A DNA stretch of 34,619 nucleotides from an uncultured Gemmatimonadota bacterium (GTDB lineage Bacteria; SM23-81), in contig CAZOYL010000010.1 of NCBI GenBank assembly GCA_964584035.1, forward strand, positions 1 through 34,619, in the 5' to 3' direction. The position numbers and the translations under genes were made by a program. Of this stretch, positions 18,759 through 27,039 are shown in pieces. The notes under the pieces were generated by a model. That model had not been told where the DNA came from and made no database searches. It saw only the letters and a program-made list of their open reading frames with translations. Positions within the stretch are counted from its first letter, which is position 1, and every line of letters starts with the position of its first letter.

Positions 18759-19337
18759 TCACAGATCGAAAGAGGATTCCATCTTCATGAATGAGGCGAT
18801 TTCCTCTTCGCCCAGTGGGATCATCGTCGATGGCAGGGAGATATCCTGCTCCAGCTGTTCCCCCGAGGATTCTTTATGCGTTGAGGAATTGGCATACTCG
18901 ATGAGCAGGCCGTTCTCATTATCAGACTGAAGCAGGCGAAGCCTGAACAGATCCACCGGGAGGTTTTCCAGGGCGGCCACGGCATCCTGGAAACAAGCGG
19001 AGAAATCCGGAGCCACCAGGATCAATCGGGGATGAACGAACAGATCCCTGGCCCTTTCTCCCAGCAGGGGCAGCATCTGATGCCGATACTGGTGGAACCA
19101 TCGCAGGTGTGATAGGCCTTCCACCAGCAGGTCATCCCGGGCCTGGGGAGCCACATCGATGATCACCGGCCGGCCGGTGGCGTCCACGCCCAGCAAATCC
19201 ATCGGCCCCCATTTTCCACGCCCTTTGCCGGGGTCGACCACCCGCAGGCCCTTCTCCAGAGCCTGCGAATTTTCAGCCACCATCAGGGCCAGGCGGTCTC
19301 TATCTTCCAGCGGCTTGCTGTTGAATACCTTGGTCAC
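18759..19337 (-). CDS. Hypothetical protein with degenerate NucS-like PD-(D/E)XK fold
   Basis: ALEKGLRVV...GPMDLLGVDATGRPVIIDV...PRLILVAPDF resembles the NucS C-terminal domain; GTG start in GTGA overlap with upstream stop. Confidence 0.65.
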   Translation of the reverse strand: MTKVFNSKPLEDRDRLALMVAENSQALEKGLRVVDPGKGRGKWGPMDLLGVDATGRPVIIDVAPQARDDLLVEGLSHLRWFHQYRHQMLPLLGERARDLFVHPRLILVAPDFSACFQDAVAALENLPVDLFRLRLLQSDNENGLLIEYANSSTHKESSGEQLEQDISLPSTMIPLGEEEIASFMKMESSFDL

Positions 19338-20281
19338 GTCGATGCCTCCAGAACCTGGCGGAGCGCTTGAAAAAAAGAGCGGTCCGTCTCTTCTCGAGCC
19401 CGCGGCTGTACCCATAACTTCTCTGCGATCTGTGAGAGACACTGAGCGGCCCTGGAGCTGGCGCGAGTCAGGGAGAGAGGCGTGCGCCGCAGAATGGATT
19501 TCTCGATGTTGACATCGGCAAGCAGGTAGCCCAGGTTGACGACCGTCACATTTAAGAATTCGTTCAGTGCGCGGGTCATCTGCTTGAAGATAGATTGAGC
19601 TTCCGATATCATCCGAACCTGATAGACGACGATGCCCAGCGTGATGTCCGGCCTGGTCGACAGGATGTTCTTGATGACGGCATAGGCATCCATCATTCCC
19701 AGGGGATCAGAGGGGACCATGACGACGATCTGGTGGGCCAGCCCGTGAATCAGACGGGCGTTCTCATGCACGGAGGCCGGCGTGTTTACCAGTATCATAT
19801 GGGCATCGGTCTCCAGTGATGTCAGCCCCGCCCAAATCCTTTCCCGGGCCGTCTCGGGAAGTTCCCTAAGATGACGAAGATCGATGTCCAGAGAGAGAAG
19901 TTTGACGCCCAGGGGTCCTTCGAGAATGACCTGTGGCTGTTGCCCGTTCTCTTCCTCGGCCAGGCGCGCCAGAGAATCGCCCGGCCGGCGGCCCCACAGG
20001 AAGGCTTGATCCGGAAAGCTGGAATCGGCATCCACGATCCTGATCCGTCGCCTGCGGCGGGAAAGTTCCACGGCCAAATTGCTGACCAGAAAAGATTTTT
20101 CCAGACAGCGGTGATCTCCTGTCACCGCCACAACGCGGGGAAACGGTTTGTCACTCTGGGAAGCATGCGGATTCTTCGGGGAATCCTCCTCCGGCTGTGA
20201 TGGCGGGGACGACTCCTCGGCCGACAGGAACAGGTGAGAGATGTCTTCCAATCCTTTTGCCAATCTTTTGTGATCTTTCAA
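19334..20281 (-). CDS. FlhG/MinD-like protein with degenerate P-loop
   Basis: VVAVTG...KSFLVSNLA, IVDAD, DAYAVIK, LGYLLAD features of FlhG/MinD; Walker A reads GDHRCLEKS; C-terminal SFFQALRQVL helix; TTG start. Confidence 0.8.
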   Translation of the reverse strand: MKDHKRLAKGLEDISHLFLSAEESSPPSQPEEDSPKNPHASQSDKPFPRVVAVTGDHRCLEKSFLVSNLAVELSRRRRRIRIVDADSSFPDQAFLWGRRPGDSLARLAEEENGQQPQVILEGPLGVKLLSLDIDLRHLRELPETARERIWAGLTSLETDAHMILVNTPASVHENARLIHGLAHQIVVMVPSDPLGMMDAYAVIKNILSTRPDITLGIVVYQVRMISEAQSIFKQMTRALNEFLNVTVVNLGYLLADVNIEKSILRRTPLSLTRASSRAAQCLSQIAEKLWVQPRAREETDRSFFQALRQVLEAST

Positions 20282-20297
20282 TTTAGTATGACTCTTT

Positions 20298-21386
20298 CTA
20301 TTGTTGGATCTCGACTATGGAGTTCTTGACCCCGTAGGGGGTGTCGACCGTGTGAGGATTGTGCGGATCCTCCATCCACTGGCCATCGACGATGAAGCGG
20401 TACTGGTACCTGCCCGGTTCCAGGGGCAATACAGCGGACCAGATGCCGTTGCCGTCGGGATCCAGATGAGCGGCCTCATCGGGCTGCCAGTCGTTGAAAT
20501 CACCGGCCACTCGAACCTGGCCGGCATCAGGAGCCAGCAGCCGCAGGTGGAGACCCTGTTCGGTAAAACAAGGCCCCAGAGGTTTGGCCATCGCTGAGGC
20601 TGGCCGGACCTGATATTGCCGATCCTGAGACTCTTCCAAAACTTCCTGAGCCAGGGCGGCATGGTCGCGATAACCGGCGCAGTGCCGGTCGTACTGGCAG
20701 ATGGGCTGGCCGAAACCGGTGGCCTCTCTGAGGCGGACATTGATCCCGATGGTGGTTCGAAACAGCCCCTTGCCAAAGTGGCGGCTCAACTCCTCGAGCA
20801 CCTCTGTGGCAATCTTGGTGCGGCGATCGAATATGGTCGCTGCCACCCGGACGTGTTTTCGCTGGCCGTAACGGTCGGCGATGAGTTTGATCGTCTCGCT
20901 GAGCTTGGCCAGCCCGTGCAGGGCAAAAAAACTCGTTTCGACCGGTACGATGATCTCCCGGCAGGCCCTGAGGGCGTTGAAGGTCAGCAGACCCAGACTC
21001 GGCGGGCAATCTACGATGACATAGTCATAGTCACGGGACAACTGCGCCAGGGCGATCAGCAGCCGGTCTTCCCGCCCGGGATGCCCGGCCAGCTCCTGTT
21101 CCACGGCGGCCAGCATGAGCCCGGAGGGGGCCAGATCCAGGCGCGGCCCCAGGCCCACGAGAATATCCTTCAAATCGGTGTCGGGGTGGTTCTCCGAGAG
21201 GACATGATAGAGGCCCCGGTCGACCTCGTCGGGTTGAACACCAACGCCCAGAGAAGCATGTCCCTGAGGGTCCAGGTCGATCAGGAGAACGCTCTGGTCC
21301 TTCTCGGCCAAACAGGCCGATAGATTGATGGCCGTGACCGTTTTTCCACAGCCGCCCTTCTGGTTGATGACCGCGATGGTTCTCAT
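20298..21386 (-). CDS. Soj/ParA-family ATPase fused to C-terminal CBM48 (AMPK-beta-like glycogen-binding) domain
   Basis: NQKGGCGKT, DLDPQG, IVDCPPSLG; residues about 278-362 carry VAGDFNDW...GIW...PGRYQYRFIVDGQW..DP.N...YGVKNS; AGGAGAGG RBS. Confidence 0.93.
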   Translation of the reverse strand: MRTIAVINQKGGCGKTVTAINLSACLAEKDQSVLLIDLDPQGHASLGVGVQPDEVDRGLYHVLSENHPDTDLKDILVGLGPRLDLAPSGLMLAAVEQELAGHPGREDRLLIALAQLSRDYDYVIVDCPPSLGLLTFNALRACREIIVPVETSFFALHGLAKLSETIKLIADRYGQRKHVRVAATIFDRRTKIATEVLEELSRHFGKGLFRTTIGINVRLREATGFGQPICQYDRHCAGYRDHAALAQEVLEESQDRQYQVRPASAMAKPLGPCFTEQGLHLRLLAPDAGQVRVAGDFNDWQPDEAAHLDPDGNGIWSAVLPLEPGRYQYRFIVDGQWMEDPHNPHTVDTPYGVKNSIVEIQQ

Positions 21387-21448
21387 GGTTCCTCTCCTGT
21401 GATCCGGATGATGCCGAGGAACCTGCTTTTGATCAAGGGGTTATCTCT

Positions 21449-21778
21449 CTATTCCCGTGGTTCCCCGGGACGTCCGGTCTGAAAACCGATCTCCGATCCT
21501 GGCTGCCCCTGTATCTTGATCTTTCCAAAGCGGTCTTCGAATTTCTCCAGGTTCTGCTCCAGAGCATTGCAGAGCATCTTGGCGTTCTGAGGCGTCATGA
21601 CGATACGGGCATAGACCTTTGTTTTCTTGATACCCGGCATAACCCGGGCAAAATCGATGAAAAATTCCGATGGCGAGTGGGCGATCAGGGCCAGATTGGA
21701 GTAAATCCCTTCCGATTCCTTCTCTCCCAGCTCTACCGAGATCTGATGGGGTCTTTTCTCCGGCATTTTTTTCTCCAT
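21449..21778 (-). CDS. DUF3467 family protein
   Basis: EGIYSNLALIAHSPSEFFIDF...ARIVMTPQNAKML...FE.RFG.I signature. Confidence 0.85.
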   Translation of the reverse strand: MEKKMPEKRPHQISVELGEKESEGIYSNLALIAHSPSEFFIDFARVMPGIKKTKVYARIVMTPQNAKMLCNALEQNLEKFEDRFGKIKIQGQPGSEIGFQTGRPGEPRE

Positions 21779-21814
21779 AGGTATGCCACCCTGTATGTTG
21801 TGCTGGCCGCTCGT

Positions 21815-21843
21815 AAAGTACATTCATTTTGTGGAAAAGTCAA
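21815..21843 (-). promoter_or_regulatory. sigma70-type promoter for the DUF3467 / ParA-CBM48 cluster
   Basis: Minus strand TTGACT, 17 bp spacer, TACTTT. Confidence 0.65.
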
Positions 21844-21851
21844 GAGTATTT

Positions 21852-21935
21852 CCAGCCGCTGAAACCGAAAACTCGTCTGCAGAGAGTTTCCCCGGCCGTC
21901 GAAACCGATCATTCGTCTGCCGGCCGTTGGAACCG
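21852..21935. repeat. Three imperfect direct repeats, core CCrGCCGyyGrAACCG
   Basis: 21852-21880 and 21892-21920 are identical at 23 of 29 positions; shorter third copy at 21920-21935. Confidence 0.6.
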
Positions 21936-22008
21936 CCCGAGAGGACGGCACGGTGCCGGCCCATCCCGGCGGAGGGTCGCGCCCGGCGCTGGAGGGCGAA
22001 TATTTCAC

Positions 22009-22037
22009 TTGACAGCTCAATTGAATGGATGTATATT
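22009..22037 (+). promoter_or_regulatory. sigma70 promoter of rib operon
   Basis: TTGACA, 17 bp spacer, TATATT immediately upstream of the riboswitch. Confidence 0.8.
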
Positions 22038-22042
22038 TTTTA

Positions 22043-22170
22043 TAACCTTCGGGGCGAGGTGGAATTCCTCGACCGGCGGTGAAAGCCCGCGAACGATGAC
22101 ACACACCGGTGTGTGCTCGTGGAGCCGGTGAAATTCCGGCGCCGACGGCAAGAGTCCGGATGAAAGAAGG
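22043..22170 (+). ncRNA. FMN riboswitch (RFN element) aptamer
   Basis: CCTTCGGGGCGAGGTGGAATTCCTCGACCGGCGGT, AGCCCGCGA, CCGGTGAAATTCCGG, CCGACGG, AGTCCGGATGAAAGAAGG; P1 CCTTC/GAAGG; upstream of ribD. Confidence 0.96.
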
Positions 22171-22204
22171 TGCATCAGGAGGTGGAGTCCGTGCGTTTGT
22201 GATG

Positions 22205-22236
22205 GCCCCGGGGGATGTTCCTTTGGGGCTTTTTTT
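22205..22236 (+). terminator. Riboswitch expression-platform terminator
   Basis: GCCCCGGGGGA-tgt-TCCTTTGGGGC followed by T7, 4 nt before ribD ATG. Confidence 0.85.
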
Positions 22237-22240
22237 AGCG

Positions 22241-23323
22241 ATGGCTCAATACGATGATCAGCGATATATCCGCCTGGCCCTGCGCCTGGCCCGCAGGGGG
22301 CTGGGCATGGCTTCGCCCAATCCCTGTGTCGGCGCGGTGGTGGTCAGGAACGGCATCATCCTGGGACAGGGTTATCACCGGCGTCCGGGTGAGGACCATG
22401 CTGAAGTCCTGGCTTTACGGCAAGCCGGTCGAAAGGCTCGCGGATCGACCCTGTATGTCAACCTGGAACCCTGTTGTTTCCAGGGCCGGACACCTCCCTG
22501 TACAGAAGAGATACTGAGAAGGGGAGTGGCTCGGGTCGTCTGTGCTCAGGAGGATCCCAATCCCAGGGTCTCCGGTCGAGGGCTGGCCCGGCTGCGATCG
22601 GCCGGGGTCGATGTGTCCAGCGGCGTGATGGAGCAACAGGCCAGGGAGTTGAACGAGGCCTATGATAAGCATATCAGCACCGGCTGGCCGTTTCTGGTAG
22701 TCAAGATCGCGCAGACGCTGGATGGTCGCATCGCTACCCGGGATGGGGATTCCCGGTGGATCACCTCGTATCCGGCGCGGCGGTTGACCCATCGTCTGCG
22801 ATCGCAACTCGATGCCGTTCTGGTCGGTGCGGGGACGGTGCGCCGGGATGATCCCCGCCTGAATGTTCGCCATGGACGTGGTCGTGATCCGGTAAAAATC
22901 ATATTAGACAGCCGACTGCGGATACCTCTCCGGGCTCGCCTGTGGTCCGGCGGCAGGACCATCGTGGCCACCTGTGAGGGTGGCGATGAACATCAGATCC
23001 GGCGCTACCGAGACCTAGGGGCGGAGATTTGGGAATTCCCCCCCGATGCGGATGGCCGGGTGGATTTTGGGAAGTGTATCGAACGGCTCGGGCAGGAGGG
23101 CATCATCAGCGTTCTGGTGGAAGGTGGACAGAGAGTGTTCACCACGGCCCTGAAATCGGGGCTGGTGGATAAGATTGTCATCTGCCTGGCGCCCCGCCTG
23201 CTGGGCCGGGGGAAAAACGCTCTGGGCGATCTGGGCATCCGACGGATCGCCGATGCTCTGCCGGTCCGGGAACTGAAGGTTCGCCGCCTGGGACCGGATG
23301 TGATCATCACCGGCCGAATGTGA
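22241..23323 (+). CDS. ribD: Bifunctional diaminohydroxyphosphoribosylaminopyrimidine deaminase / reductase
   Basis: SPNPCVG, HAE, LEPCC...TPPC, TLDGRIA, VEGG; start at 22241, after the riboswitch. Confidence 0.96.
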   Translation: MAQYDDQRYIRLALRLARRGLGMASPNPCVGAVVVRNGIILGQGYHRRPGEDHAEVLALRQAGRKARGSTLYVNLEPCCFQGRTPPCTEEILRRGVARVVCAQEDPNPRVSGRGLARLRSAGVDVSSGVMEQQARELNEAYDKHISTGWPFLVVKIAQTLDGRIATRDGDSRWITSYPARRLTHRLRSQLDAVLVGAGTVRRDDPRLNVRHGRGRDPVKIILDSRLRIPLRARLWSGGRTIVATCEGGDEHQIRRYRDLGAEIWEFPPDADGRVDFGKCIERLGQEGIISVLVEGGQRVFTTALKSGLVDKIVICLAPRLLGRGKNALGDLGIRRIADALPVRELKVRRLGPDVIITGRM

Positions 23324-23330
23324 GGAGTAC

Positions 23331-23969
23331 ATGTTCACCGGCATCGTCGTGGAAACTGGAGTTGTTCGAGCGGTCCAGCGCATCCGCGGCGGCCTCAGTC
23401 TGACGGTCGCGGCTGAGCGGATTCCGCGGGGCCTGAAGCCCGGCGACAGCATCGCCATCGACGGGGTCTGCCAGACGGTCGTGGCCCTCGGCGATGACGC
23501 CTTTTCGGTCGAGGTCCTGCCGGAGACTCTGGGCCGAACCACGCTGGGGAGCATGCGCCGGGGCGACCGGGTGAATCTGGAACTGGCGGTGGGACCGGAT
23601 GATCGCTTCGGGGGTCATCTGATCACCGGACATGTGGACGGCCTGGGCATCATTCGTGCCCGCCGCCCCCGGACCGGCGATACCATCCTGAGGATCGACG
23701 CACCGGCCGGCATTCTAACTCAACTGGTGGAGCGGGGCTCGGTGGCCGTGGATGGTATCAGCCTGACGGTGGTATCGCTCTCCGGCAGCACGTTCACGGT
23801 GGCGCTTATCCCTCACACGTTGCGGACCACGACCCTGGCCGGCAGAAAAGTGGGCGATCGGGTCAATCTGGAGACGGACCTGATCGTCAAGGCCGTTCAT
23901 CGCTGGTTGGATCCCGGTCGCAATCGCGGTGAGTTAACCGAGGATCGTCTCAGACAGTTGGGTTTTTAA
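23331..23969 (+). CDS. ribE: Riboflavin synthase (alpha chain)
   Basis: MFTGIV N-terminus, [28 protein letters not shown]. Confidence 0.96.
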   Translation: MFTGIVVETGVVRAVQRIRGGLSLTVAAERIPRGLKPGDSIAIDGVCQTVVALGDDAFSVEVLPETLGRTTLGSMRRGDRVNLELAVGPDDRFGGHLITGHVDGLGIIRARRPRTGDTILRIDAPAGILTQLVERGSVAVDGISLTVVSLSGSTFTVALIPHTLRTTTLAGRKVGDRVNLETDLIVKAVHRWLDPGRNRGELTEDRLRQLGF

Positions 23970-24000
23970 CCCAGGGTGTGATCAGAAACAAGAGGTTGTT

Positions 24001-25260
24001 ATGACCGGAAAACAGAAATCATCGGTCTTCGATTCCATCGAACAGGGGCTGGAGGATATCCGCCGGGGCAAAATGGTCATCGTGGTGGACGACGAGAGCA
24101 GAGAGAACGAGGGCGATTTCATCATGGCCGCCGAAAAGGTGACCTCTGAGTCCATCAATTTCATGGCCAAATATGGTCGCGGTCTCATCTGTATGCCCAT
24201 GACGGGTGAGCGGCTTGACCGCCTGGGTCTGTCCCCCATGGTCACGAAAAACACCGCCAAGCTGGGAACACCCTTCACGGTTTCGGTAGATGCCGTACAG
24301 GGCACGACCACGGGAATATCGGCTCAGGACCGGGCCGCCACCGTTCAAACCCTGATCGATCCGGCTTCTAAACCTGAGGACCTGGCCAAACCCGGGCATA
24401 TCTTCCCGCTCCGGGCCATGGAGGGGGGCATTCTTCGCCGGGCGGGGCATACCGAGGCGGCAGTGGATCTGGCCGTTCTGGCCGGCCTGATGCCGGCCGG
24501 TTTGCTGTGCGAGATCATGGCCGACGATGGAACCATGGCCCGGGTCCCCGAGCTGTTGGAGCTGAAGCCGCGCTTCGATCTCAAGCTCATTACTATCAAA
24601 GACTTAATCTTCTACCGGCGCCGCACAGAGAAGATGATTCGCCGGGTGGCGACCACCGGACTGCCCAGTCGATTCGGATCGTTCACCCTGCATCTGTACG
24701 AGGATATCATCACCGGAGATCACCACGTTGCCCTGGTCAAGGGTCAAGTGAAGGGTAAGAAGCGCATTCTCGTCAGAGTTCACTCTCAATGCCTGACGGG
24801 GGATCTGTTTGGATCATTGCGCTGTGATTGCGGAGATCAGATGGCCGAGGCTCTGCGGCGTATCGAGCAGGAGGGCAGCGGCGTTTTCCTCTATATGCGG
24901 CAGGAGGGCAGAGGCATCGGATTGGCCAATAAGCTGCGCGCCTATGAGCTTCAGGATCGGGGACGTGATACCGTTGAGGCCAATGAGGAGCTGGGCTTTG
25001 CTCCGGATCTGCGCGACTACGGCATCGGAGCGCAGATATTGGTCGACCTGGGACTTTCCACCATCCGGATCATGACCAATAATCCCCGTAAGATTACCGG
25101 CCTGGAGGGATACGACCTGGAGGTGGTCGAAAGGGTTCCGCTGCAGATCCCCCCCCGCCGGGAAAATGTCCGTTATCTTCAAACCAAGAGAAAAAAATTA
25201 GGCCATCTGCTGGACTTTACTGCCAAGGAATCCAGCCTGTCACAGGGGGAAAAGAGATGA
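24001..25260 (+). CDS. ribBA: Bifunctional DHBP synthase / GTP cyclohydrolase II
   Basis: [46 protein letters not shown]. Confidence 0.97.
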   Translation: MTGKQKSSVFDSIEQGLEDIRRGKMVIVVDDESRENEGDFIMAAEKVTSESINFMAKYGRGLICMPMTGERLDRLGLSPMVTKNTAKLGTPFTVSVDAVQGTTTGISAQDRAATVQTLIDPASKPEDLAKPGHIFPLRAMEGGILRRAGHTEAAVDLAVLAGLMPAGLLCEIMADDGTMARVPELLELKPRFDLKLITIKDLIFYRRRTEKMIRRVATTGLPSRFGSFTLHLYEDIITGDHHVALVKGQVKGKKRILVRVHSQCLTGDLFGSLRCDCGDQMAEALRRIEQEGSGVFLYMRQEGRGIGLANKLRAYELQDRGRDTVEANEELGFAPDLRDYGIGAQILVDLGLSTIRIMTNNPRKITGLEGYDLEVVERVPLQIPPRRENVRYLQTKRKKLGHLLDFTAKESSLSQGEKR

Positions 25261-25736
25261 TCGTTCGCCAGGGGAAGTACAGTGCTTCCGGCAAGCGGTT
25301 TGCCATCGTGATCAGCCGTTTTAACGAGTTCATCACCGGCAAGCTTCTGGATGGAGCCGTCGATTGTTTGCAGCGGCACGGCGCCGAAGAATCGGATCTG
25401 GAGGTCTTCTGGGTTCCGGGAGCCTTCGAGATTCCTTATCTGGCCAAGAAACTGGCTGCGGCGGGAGGGCATCACGGCATTATCTGTCTGGGGGCCATTA
25501 TCCGCGGGGCCACTCCGCATTTCGATTATGTGGCCAGCGAGGTGGCCAAGGGCATCGCCCAGAGTGCGCTGGAAACGGGCCTGCCCGTGATCTACGGGGT
25601 GATCACGGCCGATACGGTCGAACAGGCCGTGGAACGAGCCGGAACGAAGGCCGGCAACAGGGGTTTCGATGCGGCCCTGGCCGCCATCGAGCTGGTCGAT
25701 CTGTACGGCTCGATATCTCGCCGGAAGAAGCGTTAA
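25257..25736 (+). CDS. ribH: 6,7-dimethyl-8-ribityllumazine synthase
   Basis: [26 protein letters not shown]. Confidence 0.97.
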   Translation: MIVRQGKYSASGKRFAIVISRFNEFITGKLLDGAVDCLQRHGAEESDLEVFWVPGAFEIPYLAKKLAAAGGHHGIICLGAIIRGATPHFDYVASEVAKGIAQSALETGLPVIYGVITADTVEQAVERAGTKAGNRGFDAALAAIELVDLYGSISRRKKR

Positions 25737-25749
25737 GGGGATAGCCAGG

Positions 25750-26193
25750 ATGGGAAAGCGGCGAAAAGCTCGAGAACTGGCCCTGCAGGCTCTGTATGCT
25801 TTTGAGCTCTCGAGAGATCAGATCGATGGTATCCTGGAGACGATCCCCGATCGGGAGGACCTTTCCCAGGAGGTCGTTCAGTTCGCCGCATCCCTCAGCA
25901 GGACCGCGGTTGAGCATCTCGAACAAATCGACGATATCATCTCGCAGAGGGTCCAGCGATGGGAGCTTTCTCGCATCGCCATGGTCGATAAGACGATCCT
26001 GCGGTTGGCCGTCTGCGAACTGCTCTACTTTCCTGATATCCCCCAGAAGGTTTCGATCAACGAAGCCATCGAACTGGCCAAGGCTTATAGCACCGGGGAA
26101 TCGGGACGTTTTGTCAACGGTATACTGGATTCCATAGCCGGTCTGCACGGAGGCGGCGGGAATAAGCCGGCCGATGGGAAAAACGGCGGGTGA
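25750..26193 (+). CDS. nusB: Transcription antitermination factor NusB
   Basis: RRKARELALQALY, DKTILRL, INEAIELAK, FVNGILD; ribH-nusB adjacency. Confidence 0.95.
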   Translation: MGKRRKARELALQALYAFELSRDQIDGILETIPDREDLSQEVVQFAASLSRTAVEHLEQIDDIISQRVQRWELSRIAMVDKTILRLAVCELLYFPDIPQKVSINEAIELAKAYSTGESGRFVNGILDSIAGLHGGGGNKPADGKNGG

Positions 26194-26219
26194 GGCCCGC
26201 AGGGCGGGTGAGGCCCGCA
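26185..26219. repeat. Tandem perfect 17-bp direct repeat GGCGGGTGAGGCCCGCA, each unit a mini-hairpin
   Basis: Copies at 26185-26201 and 26203-26219; GCGGG/CCCGC arms. Confidence 0.9.
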
Positions 26220-26234
26220 CAACAGGGGAAGACC

Positions 26235-26957
26235 ATGCGGGTTGCCGTACTGTCGGACATTCACAGCAATCTCGAGGCACTGGAATCCGTTCTGGAAGAT
26301 ATCGTCGGCCAGGGGGTCGATGATCTCCTCTGTCTGGGCGATCTGGTCGGATACGGCGCCAATCCGAATGAATGCGTCGAACGGATCAGAGGTCTGATCT
26401 CGCATGTGGTGGCCGGAAATCATGACCACGCCGCGGTGGGCAAAACGGATGCTTCCTATTTCAATCCTCATGCCAAACGGGCCGTGGCCTGGACGGCGCA
26501 GAACCTGACTGCGGATCATGCCCGGTACATCTCCACATTGCCCTACGTGAAACAGGTTGAGCATCTTTTACTGGTCCATGCCTCCCCGTCGGACCCGGCT
26601 GCTTGGAATTACCTGCTCTCTCCTCAGATGGCCCGGGCCGAGTTCCAGGCCTTTTCGGAATCGATCTGTTTCATCGGGCACTCCCATCAGCCGCTGTTCT
26701 TCTCGATCAACGGGGCACCCCGCTCTCTGAAGGGCGACCGGCTGTCCTGCGACCCAGGGGAGAGGTACATCGTCAATGTCGGCAGTGTCGGCCAGCCGCG
26801 CGATGGAGATCCCAGATCCTGCTATGCCATCTATGATGATCGCCAGCGCACCGTTCAACTCCGCCGGGTGGCCTATGATATCAGAAGCGCGCAACGCAAG
26901 ATTCTACAGGCCGGACTTCCTCCCGTCCTGGCCGCCCGATTGAAGCGGGGGGAATGA
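26235..26957 (+). CDS. Calcineurin-like metallophosphoesterase
   Basis: SDIHSN, GDLVGYG, GNHD, GHSH, NVGSVGQPRDGD. Confidence 0.92.
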   Translation: MRVAVLSDIHSNLEALESVLEDIVGQGVDDLLCLGDLVGYGANPNECVERIRGLISHVVAGNHDHAAVGKTDASYFNPHAKRAVAWTAQNLTADHARYISTLPYVKQVEHLLLVHASPSDPAAWNYLLSPQMARAEFQAFSESICFIGHSHQPLFFSINGAPRSLKGDRLSCDPGERYIVNVGSVGQPRDGDPRSCYAIYDDRQRTVQLRRVAYDIRSAQRKILQAGLPPVLAARLKRGE

Positions 26958-27039
26958 GCCGGGAGACCGAGGTCCTCTCGCCCCGAAGCGGTGGGACATT
27001 CCCCGTGCTAAAGATAACCATAAGGAATAAAAAGAAGAT

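Noticed and set aside
19334..21386. Chromosomal parAB or flagellar flhFG locus
   Set aside because: No ParB CTPase/HTH protein, full parS, flhF or flagellar genes in the window
21852..21935. Repeats as a mini CRISPR array
   Set aside because: Repeats are degenerate, spacers are 11 bp or absent, and no cas genes are present
22100..22115. Perfect 16-bp palindrome CACACACCGGTGTGTG as a possible operator or parS
   Set aside because: It is the variable stem of the FMN aptamer and does not match the parS consensus TGTTTCACGTGAAACA
22109..22240. N-terminal extension of RibD in the ORF track
   Set aside because: Runs through the FMN riboswitch and its terminator
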